Source: Octopus bimaculoides (Eukaryota). Taken from it: 64,000 nucleotides of DNA. The DNA lies in assembly GCF_001194135.2 (NCBI RefSeq), contig NC_069006.1:21962044-22026043 (forward strand). Direction: 5' to 3'. The translations under genes and the position numbers were made by a program. The notes beneath the pieces are model-generated. The model made no database searches and had not been told where the DNA came from. It saw nothing but the letters and a program-made list of their open reading frames with translations. Positions 12,268 to 27,244 of this stretch are shown here, piece by piece. The first letter of the stretch is position 1; each line of letters starts with the position of its first letter.

Positions 12268-13194
12268 AACACATATATAAATATATATGTGTACATATAT
12301 ACATATATTAATATCGAGCAATCTGTATATATTTACATAAATATATCTATACACGCGCCCCCACATACACACATACTTATGTATGCATACACAAACACAC
12401 AGAGTGGCAACAGTGCATACTTCAATTCTATACAATTAATTGTATTCTGGGCTATTACAGGTGGGAAACATTTTTACTGTTTCAATCATATTCAAAAATC
12501 TTATGATGAAAGCCAAACAATTATAAAACACTGAAAAAAATCTATCTCTAAAAAATGTAATTGAGAATTTCTCATTGAATATTTTTACAATTACCATATG
12601 ATTTCCAGATTTTATTTAGAAAACTATAAACCTCTCTCTACACAATTTATTTTTCAATAACATAATAATTATTAAGTGAAGCAGAACTAACTGCTATATA
12701 TTATTTCTGTAAACAATATCTTTTGGGGGCTTATTTTTGTTTAATGGGTTTCCGTGATGTTTCTTTGCTAATGTGGGTTAAATATTTATGCAAATTTAAA
12801 TATTAGATGGCTTACTGAAGTGATTTACTGTTATATGGCCTTACAACAACAACAACAACAGCACCACCACCATCATCATGATTTAATGTCCACTTTTCCA
12901 TGCTTGCATAGGTCAGACAGAATTTGTTGAAGTAGATTTCCAATGACTGGATGTTGTTCCTGGTGAAAATCCTTACCTATTTCAAGGTAAGTTGATATTT
13001 TGCTATGACCAGATATGTTTTCTTGGAAGATTGTAAACAAATGACACTGCTTGGATGATGGTGATACTTGTTTACAATTATCATGTGAAGTCAAAGCAAG
13101 GTGACTGTAACATACAAACATGCACTTACATTCCTACATTATAGCAAGACACCTCTCTGTCTCTTTGTCACCTTCTATAAGAAGGATTAAAAAG

Positions 13195-13468
13195 GATTTC
13201 TAACCGGCTTTCATTGCATGGCAAATTTTCAAGAAGAGGGAGAATTAAAATGTTTTTTACAAAAAAATAAAAAATAATATATAAAAAAATAAATATACCA
13301 ATACATTATATTGTCTTTGAGCTTTTAAAGTTGAATGGTAATCCATGTAGATAATTGTTAGAAAGATTAGGATGCAGGGAATTAAAAATCGTGTTGTGTT
13401 TAAAAAAGGCTGAGAGTTTGTGTTAAACAGGAAGTTGGTGTCAAAACAGGAAGTGTGTGTAAGGGAAG
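13195..13468 (+). repeat. Unclassified dispersed repeat, copy 1 (runs into an N gap)
   Basis: Aligns by eye with 49325-49700 (GGCTTTCATTG...AAGAAGAGGGAGAAT...AATACATTATATTGTCTTTGAGC...ACAGGAAGT). Confidence 0.8.
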
Positions 13469-14327
13469 NNNNNNNNNNNNNNNNNNNNNNNNNNNNNNNN
13501 NNNNNNNNNNNNNNNNNNNNNNNNNNNNNNNNNNNNNNNNNNNNNNNNNNNNNNNNNNNNNNNNNNNNNNNNNNNNNNNNNNNNNNNNNNNNNNNNNNNN
13601 NNNNNNNNNNNNATATATATATATATATATATATACATACATGTATGATGATGATGATATACATGCGTGCGTGCACACATAAACATACACGATAGGCTTC
13701 AACATACTTTCTGTCAACCAAAATTCACTCACAAGGCATTGGTTAGCTCAGAACTAAAGTAGAAAACATTTGCCAAAAGTACCACAATGTAGGACTGAAC
13801 TCAAAACCATGTAGTTGCAAAGTGAGCTTCTTAACCACACAGCCATACCTGCAGCTGAATATGAGAAAATAATTTTTTCCAAGATTTCTTTTAATCTTTA
13901 TTAGAAAACAAAAGAGTGATGGTTCAAATCTAGTTAAAATACTACATATTGTTGTTTATATTTTCCTTTATATGTAGACTCACATTTCAGTAACTATATA
14001 TCTCAGTGCAGTTCATAAACAATTATATTCACAGTTATTCATATTTATATTGTTAATGAAAGGAAGTCAAAGTTAAAATTTCCAAAGCTACGCAAAAAGA
14101 AAAAAAAATTAAAGCAATAAAAGAGCAAACAGTAATTCTCTTGTTAACAAAGCTGTAGGCATTCACTAACATTTAAATTCATTAATAATATAATTATCCC
14201 CTGCACTGTACTAATGAAATATAAAGATACTGAAGTGTGTGTCTACAAATATCATTAAAAATAACAATATAAAATACTTGACTTTAACTAGATTTGAATC
14301 TTCCCTCTTTGATTTACATGAGCATAA

Positions 14328-15150
14328 TTTTGCTACCATATCTCTGTTAAATATACTGCTTTTGTTTAAATTAATTTTGAAAATAAAGAAGAATTCAGTT
14401 AAATTAAGCTGGTGTTTATAATGTAAATAAACATGACATTTTGAGAAAAGGCTTTAATTTAGATCACTTTTGCCCTATTGTTACCATATTTCTGTTGAAA
14501 TACACTGCCTTTCTTACAATTAATTCTGAACATAATGAAGAATTTAGTAAAATAACTTAGTTATTATTAAGCTGGTGTTTGAATCATAAACATGAAGTGT
14601 TGTGGGGTGGTTGTAATTTTCAGATCATTTTAACCCTTTTGTTACCATGTTAAATATGTTGCTCTTGTTTCAATTAATTTCGAAATTGAAAGATTTCGCA
14701 TTAGGAAGGGCATCCAGCCATAGAAACTATGCCAAATCAGAATGGAATCTGGTGCAGCTCTCCAGCTTATCAGTTTTAGTCAAACTGTCTAACCCATACC
14801 AGCATGGAAAGTAGATGCTAAATGATGATGATGATGATTTAGTAAAATAATTACCATCTTTAAACTGGCATTTGGAATACAAATTAACATGATGTTTTGA
14901 GGGAAGTTTTTAATTTAGATAACTTTAACTCTTTTGTTATCATATTTCTGTTGAAATACACTACCTTTCTTTCAATTAATTAAAAAAATAATGACATATT
15001 TAGTAAGATAACCTATTAAGTAGGTATTTGGATCATGAATTCACATGAAGTTTTGAGGGAAGGCTTTAATATACATTATTTCAGAACTGTGAATTGTTGT
15101 ACCATAGAACGTTAGGATACTCTCAGGCAGGTTGTTATCAAAAGGGTTAA
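14328..15150 (+). repeat. Four tandem ~150 bp units of the piggyBac-like MITE, ending in the MITE right end; SINE inserted at ~14696-14838
   Basis: TTG(T/C)TA(C/T)CAT unit anchors at ~14330, 14478, 14639 and 14933. Terminal AAAAGGGTTAA at 15140-15150. Confidence 0.8.
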
Positions 15151-15495
15151 CGATTAATAAAGGTGATGGGAGAGAACAGAAGAAGAATCTTTTCAATGAA
15201 TACTAAGAATCAATTGAGAGCATTGAAGAGAATGTTTTGAAATCTGCCAGCTCACCGCCTCAATAATAATAATGATAATGGCTTCACATTTTGGCCCATG
15301 GCCAGTAATTACAGGAGCACTGGGGTAAGTCGATTACATCAACCCCAGTGCTCAACTGGTACTTATTTTATCGAATTCAAAAAGATGAAAGGCAAAGTCA
15401 ACTTCAGCAGGATTTGAACTCATAATGTGAAGACACATGAAATGTCACTAAATATTTTGCCCAGCATGGTAATGGTTCTGCCAGCTCACCACCTC

Positions 15496-15545
<50 letters not shown>

Positions 15546-17270
15546 TAATAATAATAATAACAATGACAACACCAACACCAATGATGATGATAATGTTTAC
15601 TTTCGTTTGTTTTTCAATAATAATAATAATAATAATAATAATTATAATGATAATGTAAATAATAAATAAGCTAGCAAAATGCATGCAAAGCAAGCCAAAA
15701 AAAAAAAAAACGAAGAAGAAGGGAAAGAAAAAGAAGTCTGTTGCTGTTGTTGCTTTTCTGCAGCCTTTGTTAACCAGAATTTGACGGTGGCATTCACTCT
15801 GAACAACAGCAGTATATGTTATCATTATAAATGTGTAGTGGGAGGAGGTAAAGAACGAAGAACAATGACATTAGAAATAGCAATAGTAATAATAAAAACT
15901 GGAGTCATTGGCTTATAATCTCTGTGTGTCACTTGTATAGCTTCTATCTCTCTGAATTAAATGTATTAAGAAAGTCTAGAGTTTATCAATTTCACTTCAG
16001 TATTATGGTATTTCAGTTTGCCATTTGTACAAATAAGATTTTGAATATAGATACAAACATACATGCATGCACACACTCATAGATACACAGATGTATGCAT
16101 ATACATACAGACAAATATATGCACACATGTACGTATATGTGTATGTGTGTGTGTGTGTGTGTGAGTATTTTTATGTATATTTATATAAGTGTATGTGTAT
16201 CTAAGTTTGTATATATTTCTATGTACAATTATATATGTGTATGTGTGTGTGTATATATAAATCTCTCTATATATGTATGTATATATTTCTATGAATGGTT
16301 ATATATATATATATATATATATATNNNNNNNNNNNNNNNNNNNNNNNNNNNNNNNNNNNNNTATATATACAAGAGTTAAAAATACCTCATCCTGAAAGCA
16401 AAACAAAACAAATATTGCACAATTAATTTTCTAATTATTTAGCTTAATCTTCTCTTTCCAAAGCTGGCATGTCAAAGCAGCAAAATATTTTAGCCAGTAG
16501 AGGTCTTCTTACAAGCCATTTAAATCTTCAGATCAAAAACTACTACAATTGCTCTGTAATCCTTTTCTCATAAGAATGAGAAACAAATATATAAATCAAA
16601 ATCCTGTTGTTGTTCATGCTGTTGTGATTTTATTGTGATTATTATTACTGTTCACTTTCTGGCTATTGGCACACACACACATACACACAGTGTGTGTGTA
16701 TGTGCAAAAGGTGGTTCATTAATTCATTAATTTCTTAATCTCTGAGGTAATTAAACCAAGAGGAAGTTTTGAATGTAAACAACATTTCCAGAGAAATAAG
16801 CTCAGTTGTTTTAGGCAAAATATGAACAACAATACATTGTTGTTTAGAGTATGTCAAACTTGGATTTTGTTTTTATCTGAGGAATTAGGAGAAACCAAGA
16901 CACATAAATATATACAAATACACATTCAAACACACACATTTGCAAGCTTTTCAATCATGTGGTTTTGTGTTCAGTTTCACTTCATGGCACCTTCAGCAAC
17001 TGTCTTCTACTATAGCCCCTGGCCAACCAAACTCTTGTGAATTGATTTCATTGCTAGAAACTGAAAAAAACCTTTCATATATGTGTGTGAGTGTGTGAAA
17101 CTTATTGAATTAAACTTATTAAATTAAAATATTATATCTAAAAATATTAAGGAAACAAAAATAAAAAAATGATAAGTCAACAGATATTTTGTCTAAATTG
17201 ACTCTGCAGATATTTTGAGTTAAACTATGAACTGCTTAGGTAAGAAAGCCATTTCTCCCCATGCTACCAT

Positions 17271-17304
<34 letters not shown>

Positions 17305-18462
17305 CAAGGCTTCCATTGGCTGGAGAAATCACAAAAGACCCTTTTCAAGGTGCCACACAGTGAGACAGAAATGAAGACAACATGATTGGGAAGCATGCTG
17401 CTGAACCAAACAGCCTCACCTGCTACTATATATAGTATATATACATACATGCATACACACCACACATACACACATATGCACACTATGTAACTATATACAT
17501 ATATGTGTGCATAAACATTCATTCCAACATTTTAAGTAAAGAAAACTAGCATGTCTTGATTCACAAATTTGAGAAATAGATAAATAAAAACGAAAAATAA
17601 ATAAGATATATCAATAAACAAATTGTTCAAAATTTAATCAATATTTATTCAATATTTAAGCCTGTCATTTAAGTGCTGTCATTTAAATTCTGTAGGGTTT
17701 CTTACAATCATTCTCTACTCTGTCTAATGACAGATACAAAAAGAAGGGGGAAAAAAATCAGAATTATTTGTTTAAATTTCCAAATCTAACTTTTAGAGAG
17801 AGAAAACGGGAGAATTAAACAAGTAAATCGATTTATTTATAAGTGAACTATAATATAAGGAAAGAAAAATCTATCACTAAGTCACAAAGAGCAAAGTCAG
17901 ACTGACCAAGCTAATGAGCTTTATGGCCTCTTCATGGCAGAGGTTCATTCTCTGATAGTAGGATTAATGTTCTTAAGTAGCAAACAGCAAGCAGCACATT
18001 GAATTTGTTTTTCTTTCAACAATATGATATGCAATGGATTATACTGCATATATGTGTATACTTACACACACACATACACAAACAAACAAATGCACACACA
18101 CATTGGGTTGCCAGATGAATTTGTTCAATTTTGTCTATTTATTTTTACCCTTTGTTATTTGAATTAACATGAAAAATATTATATCATAGTGTTCTATGTT
18201 TTTTTTTTGTAGTTCTATTCTTCCTTTACAACTTTTGTTTACCATCATCATCATCATCATTTAACGTCCCTTTTACCATATGCCAAAGTCAAACGTTATT
18301 TTTGAAATACGAATAAATTTTATCTTTTCACAGACTAATAACAATGAAGTGCTAAGTAGAGAAAGAAATGAATGAATTTATCTGACTACCTAATAATGTA
18401 TATATATATATATATGTAGCAAGATAACAGGATATACTGACCATGTTGACTGAGATACACCA

Positions 18463-18501
<39 letters not shown>

Positions 18502-18809
18502 GTTATCAGAGAAATCTGTTTGGTGTTTTTTAATGCTAAACATCTTTAAAAGAAGCTCTGTTAGACAAAATACCATAGTTTTGTCGCATTTACTAATGCA
18601 CATACATTAAATATGTGATATTGATAATGTTTACATTATTAAACTGCTTCAAACACAAAATTTGAATTTTGTCTTCATTGAGCGATGCTTTAGTGCATCA
18701 TCAAATAGACTTTACATTATTTGTATACATGCCTTCGGCTGGATGTTGTGAGTTGTTTCAGAGGTGGAAGAGCTTGTGATACTGATGAGCAGAAATAACA
18801 ACAAAATAT

Positions 18810-19780
18810 CAAGATCTGTTGCTCTTGTTCACTTCTGAGGCAATTGAGTCTCACCTAGCTTTGAAATATACTGTGTTTTTTAACACGATAGGCCTTTAAC
18901 GGGGTCATCTCTCTTGGATGAAATACTGCAGCTTTGCCACATTTACTACTATACATACACTAAGTATGAAATAAATATATATAGAGAGAAAGCGGTGAGA
19001 GATGAAAGAGCAAGCAAAAGTGAGATACACATATTCAAGTAGTGTTGTTTGAATAAAGCATTGTGAGATGGAGCTGTTAAAGTTGTTTACAAAAAGCCAA
19101 TACAATGTTTGGCTACTTCAAAAATATGAAGACCACATCAATGCTGAATGAGTTGCAAGTGTCCTATATAAACTGTCAAATGTCTGTATAAATACATGTC
19201 CAAAGGTGCAAGTCATTCTACAATCTTGCCAGAAAGAGAACAAGAATGACTGAGTCTTGATGTCAGTGATGCAAATTTGCAAGGTGAGTTCATTAAATAA
19301 TTACACTTGCAGGTAACTTGGATAATCTAAATCATATTGGCGATTTTTCAAATCTCCATTCATATGCATCTGGTCATCTCCTGTATAACACGCGGCTGTT
19401 GATATGGCACATATACCCAATGTGTCACCAATACCTTCTAAAAGCTTTGAACTGCATGCTTCAAGATTTAATGAACAATGAGCAACTTCTTGGAGGTAAA
19501 TTATTAATCCTTGGTAGAAATGTTTGGCAATTTTCGACCAGTAATCCTTGGAGCTCAATAACTTGATTGGTTATTGATGTATACACAGAAAGGTCTCCTA
19601 TTCAGAGTTAATGGTAAGTTTGGCATAAATAGAAGTAAAGTTAACATTAATTCTTTCAAAGACTCTTTGTATTTAAATTTAATATATTTTATATCAAAGG
19701 TAGCATTTTAAATAGACAAACAATTTAAAATGTAAAGATTTGCTTTTTCGCCATCAGCAAAGCAACAGGCATTGAACTAC
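18810..19780 (+). mobile_element. Internally deleted Helitron remnant (RepHel fragments plus decayed 3' end)
   Basis: YNVWLLQKYEDHINAE*VASV and TVKCLYKYMSKG (19100-19210) match Rep motif 3. LLIWHIYPMCHQYLLKALNCMLQDLMNNEQLLGGKLLILG (to ~19560) matches the Pif1-like helicase. Decayed hairpin plus CTAC at 19750-19780. The start at 18810 is tentative. Confidence 0.8.
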
Positions 19781-20677
19781 ACACACACACACACAGAGTT
19801 GTATATGTAATATATAATATATAGTTATAGATATATTACTACATGTTATGTATATAGTTAGTTATTTATATATATATTAATATATAATTATATAAATTAT
19901 CTAATACATTCATATATGTATGTGTGTCTATGTATATACACATGCATGCATACATCATTTGCTTATTATATTTACCCTTACACACATGTGTGTTCTGTAC
20001 ATACATGTACATATATTATTTATAACATTCATTTGGGTTGATTATTATGTTGATTTTATTTCTCAAATGAATCAACTTTAGTAAATATTATTATATCAGG
20101 CCAACAATCTTAGTAAACATTTTCGGGTTTATCAAAGATATATTTTCGATTTTTTTTTCTCCTTATTTTCTTTCCGATGAGAAAGCAAATCCAATCGAGT
20201 AGTAATTGCCTTTACAAATCAATTCTCTATAATATATCAGTTAACAGCAATTTACTTTAAAAAAAAAAATAACTAATAAGAAATACATAATTAAATAAAT
20301 AAAATAAAACAACAACAACAACAACACAACAAAAAAAGGCCAATAAAGACAGCATAGATGAAGAGAAACACACAATATCAACAATAGATTTTGAAGTATA
20401 AGGGAAATATTTCTAAAAAATATTTTTTTAATGGTGAATTATTTTTTTATACTTTCTAATTTTTTTTACAGTCTGGTCCTCCCTCCCCCTCTTTTCAATG
20501 TTTTTATTTTACTTTTTGCTTCCTTATTGTATTATATATGTGGTTTTTGTTGTTATCTATCACATTTCATTGTTGCTTTATCTCATGCTATACTATATGT
20601 ATGTATGTACGTATGTATGTATGAGAGTGCATATATGTGTGTGTGTATGTATAAATATATATATACGTGTGTATGTA

Positions 20678-20732
<55 letters not shown>

Positions 20733-21967
20733 CATATACATAGTGAACTTAATGATGTAGAAAACTTAGTGACCAGAAATGCAGCAATTTCTCAGACTTC
20801 AATGGGATATAAATCACATTTATTTATTTTTTTAACTTTGTATTTATTGTTTTTTTTTTTTGGTAATGCTAGATTAAAGAAAAGAAATAACACCACCACT
20901 ACACCACTGTTGCCTTCATCACCACCACATCCATCTCCTACATCACCAACACCACCACCAACAACAACAACACTATTTACCAAATAAACAAAAAAATAAA
21001 TAATTGATAGATAAATGAAAATTAATTAATCAATTAGTAATAATAGATAAGTAGATAATGGCAAATAAATTATTTAGGTGGCTTTTCATTTGTTTGTTTT
21101 GTCTTGTTTTGTTTTGTTTTGTTCTTGGTACTTTAGATATATATTAGAATAATTCTTTCTTGGAAACAGAAACTTGAACAGACATTACTTGAAGTTCTAA
21201 AACTTGCGAGGATTCTGTATAAAAGTTTTGAGTCATTTATATAATAAATATCCCCATTAAAGTGTCACATTATATTTACATCGTGTGACTTAGTAAGAAG
21301 TTCACTCCACCACTTGGTAGTTCTGGGTGTGAATATATAGAATCTATTGCAACTGGTTACTAAGAAGTCTCACACCATCAAACACATCAAAAAACAAAAT
21401 GAAACCATTATTTTTTCCATCGTTAAAATATCGATTTTTGCTTCCACATTGACACAGTGTTACAGAGGACACTCATAGTCGACTTAACCCTTTGCCTATG
21501 CCGTGTGTCACGTGTGATACATGGGACATATTTCCCTGGCATCCATGTCTCATATTTGATACATACTCCTGATTTGTTTTCAACTGCCAGAATAACTTGG
21601 GACTTATGAAATGAAAGTTTTATGTTACTGAGATGAGAAGTTTGCTTCCCAGCCACATGGTTCTGGGTTCAATCCCACTGTGTGACACCTTGCAAGTGGA
21701 TTTAGTAGATGGAAATTGAAGAAGACCATCATATATATATATGCACACATATACATGTTTGTGTGTCTTTGTGTATGCATTTGTCTTCCACCACTGCTTG
21801 GCAACTGGTGTTGGTGTGTTTTATGTCTCCATAACTTAGTAGTTGGCAAAAGAAATCAATAGAATAAGTACCAGTCATTAAAAAGTACAGGGCTCAATAA
21901 GTCCAACTAAAATTCTTTAAGGTGGTGCCACAGCATGGCCACAGTCTAATTGAAGCAAATAAAAGGT

Positions 21968-22009
<42 letters not shown>

Positions 22010-22085
22010 AAATAGTAGCACAAGATACCAATTTTTACTACTATTGTTTTGAGAATAATACTATTGTAATGTAATACTATTTATA

Positions 22086-22130
<45 letters not shown>

Positions 22131-24236
22131 CCTACAAGGTGGTAGCCCAGTTTGGCTGAAATCTAATGACTGAAATAAGAAAGGGAAGAGAAGATTATAG
22201 AGGTATTATACAATTATATATGTTTATCCATCAGAGTGACAAGAACCATCTAGTCATCATTCAAAGATGAATGATGACTTATGTTGAGTTTGTTTAAAGT
22301 GAAAAAGAGTTGTACACCATCAACGTCACTCTTGAGTTCATGACCATCTTCAGTCTAGTGGCAAGACCAAGTCAAGACAACTGAGGATAGAGACAGATGT
22401 AATGGATAACCAGGATGTCTTACTTGCCTCATTTTGCTCTCTGCATTTCACAATGCATTGACACAGCTGCCTACCCCTCTGTTGAAACATGAAGGCTCCT
22501 TCTGCAGATTCTGCTGGATCCAGTCTTACAATCACATATGATGATGATGATGATGATAAACAATGATGATGATGACAGCTGCGATGATGATACAACATCA
22601 AAAGTTGTGTGTTGCTAAAATTTCATTTAAGTTCTATGAAATACAAGACGCGATCACGATGCTGGCTAATGAAAATTTTATTACCTAGCAGAGTGCTGGT
22701 AGTTTGAAATAAGTAACTTATCAGAAATAATAAAAATGTATTGGTGTGTTTAGATAAGTTTTACAGATAAGAACATTTTCAGTAAATAGCTAATTACTTT
22801 AAGTAGTTTGTGTTCAGACTTTGCTAGCGGCTATGTATAATTTATTGATAGGTATTTTTGAAAAAAAAAACAAAAAAAACATCAAAATGAAAACATAAAA
22901 CAACTCAGTGAAATTAAATTTAATTAAAAGGTTTAAAGCTTGAAAAGTGTTTTAAAAGTACTTTTTTCAAACTTGAGTGAGAGAGGCACAGTAACTACGA
23001 GACTTAATGACTCACTACATGATAGTCAAAGTGTTCAAACCTTACTTCTGCTGTTATTGTGGCTAGTGTATGACATCTTTATCATTGTTGTTTTAACGTC
23101 CAGTTTTTTATGGGTTGGACAGAATTTTGTTGTGGTGGATTTTCTGTGGTCAAATACCCTTCTTGTCATCTACCCTCACCTATTTCCAAGCAAGGTGATA
23201 CACAACCAGAAATGTTTTCACACAAGATTGGAAAAGAAGGTCCCCATTTGTTTATGGTGACTTTCAGTTACAAGTATCATATGACATGAAGAAAAGGAGT
23301 CAATAATATACAAACACACACACATTTATATATACGGGTTCGATTCCCAGACCAGGCAGAGCATTGTGCTCTTGAGCAAAACACATCATTTCACATTGCT
23401 CCAGTTCCCTTTCCATCAACATTTATCACAAAAATACCAATACACAGTTATGGAGGCAATGTTGTAAGCTTTAGGGATAACCAAAGTAAGTTGAAATTTG
23501 TCTTAGAAGTAGTTCATATACGGAATATCACTGAAGTACTTTAGACAATATTATGAGTTGAGAGAATAAGCAAAATATTCTAAAATTTGTCTTGTAGCAA
23601 GATTGTATGCAGAATGTCATTGCAATAATGTAGAAACTAAAAATATACTAAAAATTGTCTTGAAGTAACTATTTTCTTTACTTTACAGAGTAATATATAG
23701 GGTCATTCTAATTAACACATTAATTAATGAAGTATGAATTCATTGATATTGAAGAGATATTTTTTAAGGATCTATGTTATATTTTCATTATCTCATTGTC
23801 ACTTCAGTTCTTCTCACATATACATATATATACACACAAGCATTCTATGCATGTAGACAGATATACACGTACTATGTATACACACGCATATATATATAGA
23901 CATTCTATACAGACACAAATACATAAATATACAGGACATTCAATATACCCATACACAGATACAGAAATTCTAGGTAGATACACAAATACTTGCATTCACA
24001 CTAACTCACACACGTGCATCATTCTGTGAAAACATGCACACACGCATGCATACACATAAATATACATACACATATTTTATGACCACACATAAGTAACTAT
24101 ATAGACATGCAAAGCACACAAAGACATTATAGATGTACACACACAAAAATAGATACTATATTCACACACAGACACACACAAGAACATTATATATATATAT
24201 ACATATGTGTGTGTTGTGTGTGTGTGTATGTGCGTG

Positions 24237-24276
<40 letters not shown>

Positions 24277-24759
24277 TGCATATACACATACACAATTTAT
24301 ACTTTGTATTTTAAAAGCTTTTCTCTTCTAATGTAATTTCTTTGATTTTGAAGAATTTAGATATCAGAATGAATTGTTGGGACAAGTACTAAAGTGAAAT
24401 AATGATTTCTTACAAGGAATATATTGGAATTGCAGCAGGGAGTGTATGGAGGAAATAAATAAATAAAACTATGGAAGTTGTGACATTCATGGCTTTCTTT
24501 AGCTTCTTCCTTGATTGGAGAAGTGGATTGAGGGTTACACCAAATGAGTAACAAGTGAAGAATAATATAAAGAGAACAAATAAAGTCTGATGGAAAAACA
24601 TAGATTATTAAAAACAACATATTGTTCTCTCTTACGGGAGTCAATCTGGAGAGCAGCAGCATTGGTAACAACAGTAACAACATCATCATTATGATGATGA
24701 GAGGGTATTAAAAATGGGGTATGACAGTTCTAAGATGTAGCTTAGAGAGAAAACTCTAG

Positions 24760-24950
24760 TGAAATATAGCAGGAAGGGTTGATGCTGAAAAGGAAGTGGT
24801 TCCAGGGAAAGTGGGAGTGGTAACCGGCAGCACAAAAGGGAATGAAATATATGTAGATTTTGCACTCACATGATTATAGAAGCTGAATAGTGATGTAGTT
24901 AGAAAACTGATACGGAGAGATGGGTGTCAAGAAGATATGATATCTACTTT
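24760..24950 (+). mobile_element. Possible highly decayed LINE reverse-transcriptase fragment
   Basis: IYVDFALT*L*KLNSDVVRKLIRRDGCQEDMISTL loosely resembles the RT motif FVDxxKAFDxV.R..LW..L...G.P. Confidence 0.3.
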
Positions 24951-26082
24951 GTATTATATTATACTTATTTATCGTGTATTTACTTATTACTCTTTCTATA
25001 TGTGACTGTGGATTTTCATGGATTAGTTCATGAACTTTGGTTCTTTTCTCTAAACCTATATATTTATATACATATATATATATATATAAATATTATGTAT
25101 ATACACATATATTATACAAATATATATTATATATACATATATATATATATACATANNNNNNNNNNNNNNNNNNNNNNNNNNNNNNNNNNNNNNNNNNNNN
25201 NNNNNNNNNNNNNNNNNNNNNNNNNNNNNNNNNNNNNNNNNNNNNNNNNNNNNNNNNNNNNNNNNNNNNNNNNNNNNNNNNNNNNNNNNNNNNNNNNNNN
25301 NNNNNNNNNNNNNNNNNNNNNNNNNNNNNNNNNNNNNNNNNNNNNNNNNNNNNNNNNNNNNNNNNNNNNNNNNNNNNNNNNNNNNNNNNNNNNNNNNNNN
25401 NNNNNNNNNNNNNNNNNNNNNNNNNNNNNNNNNNNNNNNNNNNNNNNNNNNNNNNNNNNNNNNNNNNNNNNNNNNNNNNNNNNNNNNNNNNNNNNNNNNN
25501 NNNNNNNNNNNNNNNNNNNNNNNNNNNNNNNNNNNNNNNNNNNNNNNNNNNNNNNNNNNNNNTATATATATATATATATGAGCATACCCATATGAAGCAA
25601 ACCTATGGTAAAAAAACAATCAAGTCATGACCATGTATCTTCATTTTATATTTTCTTGAATAGTGTATTGGCCCTTCATGAACTACATTATCCAATTATC
25701 TTCATTTTACTAATGCAGTAGGGTGGTGTGCTTTGAAGGAAATTTAGCAGCTATTTCTGGAAGCTTGGGTGACCGTGTAGCAAATCCCTTGTTGGTGCAT
25801 TGAAAGACAAATGGGATTTTAAACTGATAGAGATGGTAGCGTGATGATACTCATCATGATGATTTTGATAACTGTAGTGATGACGGCACTGCTGTTGTTC
25901 CTAATGACAATGATGATGATGATGATGATTTAGAACTTATTGATTTCAAAATGCAATTAGAATAATCAGATATCGATACGAAACTGATTTCTTTTTAAAA
26001 AAAATTTTCTTTTTCTTTATAAAGTTAAAATACATTTGATTGATGACAGAACAATTCAATTAGATTTGAGCAAAGATTTTTT

Positions 26083-26133
<51 letters not shown>

Positions 26134-27244
26134 ATAAACTATTATTATTATTATTATATTCAGCAGCAGTAATTCAGTACCAAAACACACAAACAGACAA
26201 AAATCCAGTTTCCACTCATACATAAATAAGTTTGTCTAACATTCAACAGGCATTAGGCAAAGATATATTATTTGAAATCATGAATGTCAGAGTAATGTAA
26301 TTATTAAAGTTCCCAAAATAGATAAGATATTGATATTACATCACTTCTGTATTTAGCAGTGGAATAAAATTATTAAAAAAAATTATCAGAAACAAGACTA
26401 GATGAAATATGGAATATTATCCCTGCCCCAAAACAACCCTCACTTAACATAATGGTGGTGTGGGGAGTTGGGATAAATCCTTCAAGTAACATGTGTTTTC
26501 GATGCTGACATGTGTCAGATGATTTGACAGGATGCAGCAAGACACATTTCAAATACTACCCCCACTTAGCCTTAGCCAAAGGAGCTTTTCCCTTTCTCTT
26601 TTCCCTTTCAGGTTCTCTTCTTATCCTGCAAGTTATTTGGTGACCTCACTAATGTTGGTGCCACATAAAAAGCACCCAGTCCACTCTGTAAAGAAGTGGT
26701 CGGCATAAGGAAGGACATCCAGCTGTAAAAACCTTACAAAAGCTGACATTGCAGCATGACAGAGTCCTGTGTCTTGCTGTATCCAGTCAAATCGTCTGAG
26801 CCATGCCAGCATGGGAAAACAGATGTTACTTGATAATGAAGGCTTTTTCCCTATTCTCCACCCCAACCAAAGTAAACAAAATGCTCTGTATCAAGAAAAT
26901 CTTTCACCTTCCAACCAATCCTTATCTTTTCTGCTTTAAACCAAATTATACTAACCATTGTACTATTTTTCTACATTGGCAGTAAATTCAGTAAGAACCA
27001 TTTGATTTCTGGTATAAGCATAAGGCTACAAATTTGGGGAAAGGGTGCAGTCACTTGGATTGGTCCTCTACACATTTTAAAGTACAAATTAAAATAAACT
27101 TGAAGCATGCTTTAATGCACTAAAAAAAATCTTTTCCTTGAATATGCGCTGCTGAAATTGGGGTGCATCTAATATGGCCATGTATTTTTTATGCTACCAA
27201 ATACAATTATTATTATTATTAAGACATAAAAATGGATCACTTAC

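Noticed and set aside
9744-13732. Long ORFs rich in YI/CV/HT and X
   Set aside because: Translations of (TA)n, (TG)n and N gaps. The same applies to most of the ORF track.
14328-15150. Regularly spaced repeats as a CRISPR array
   Set aside because: Eukaryotic context, whole units are homologous, and there are no unique spacers or cas genes.
22350-22601. Minus-strand exon candidate with a GTAAG donor
   Set aside because: No credible acceptor and no similarity to FoxJ.
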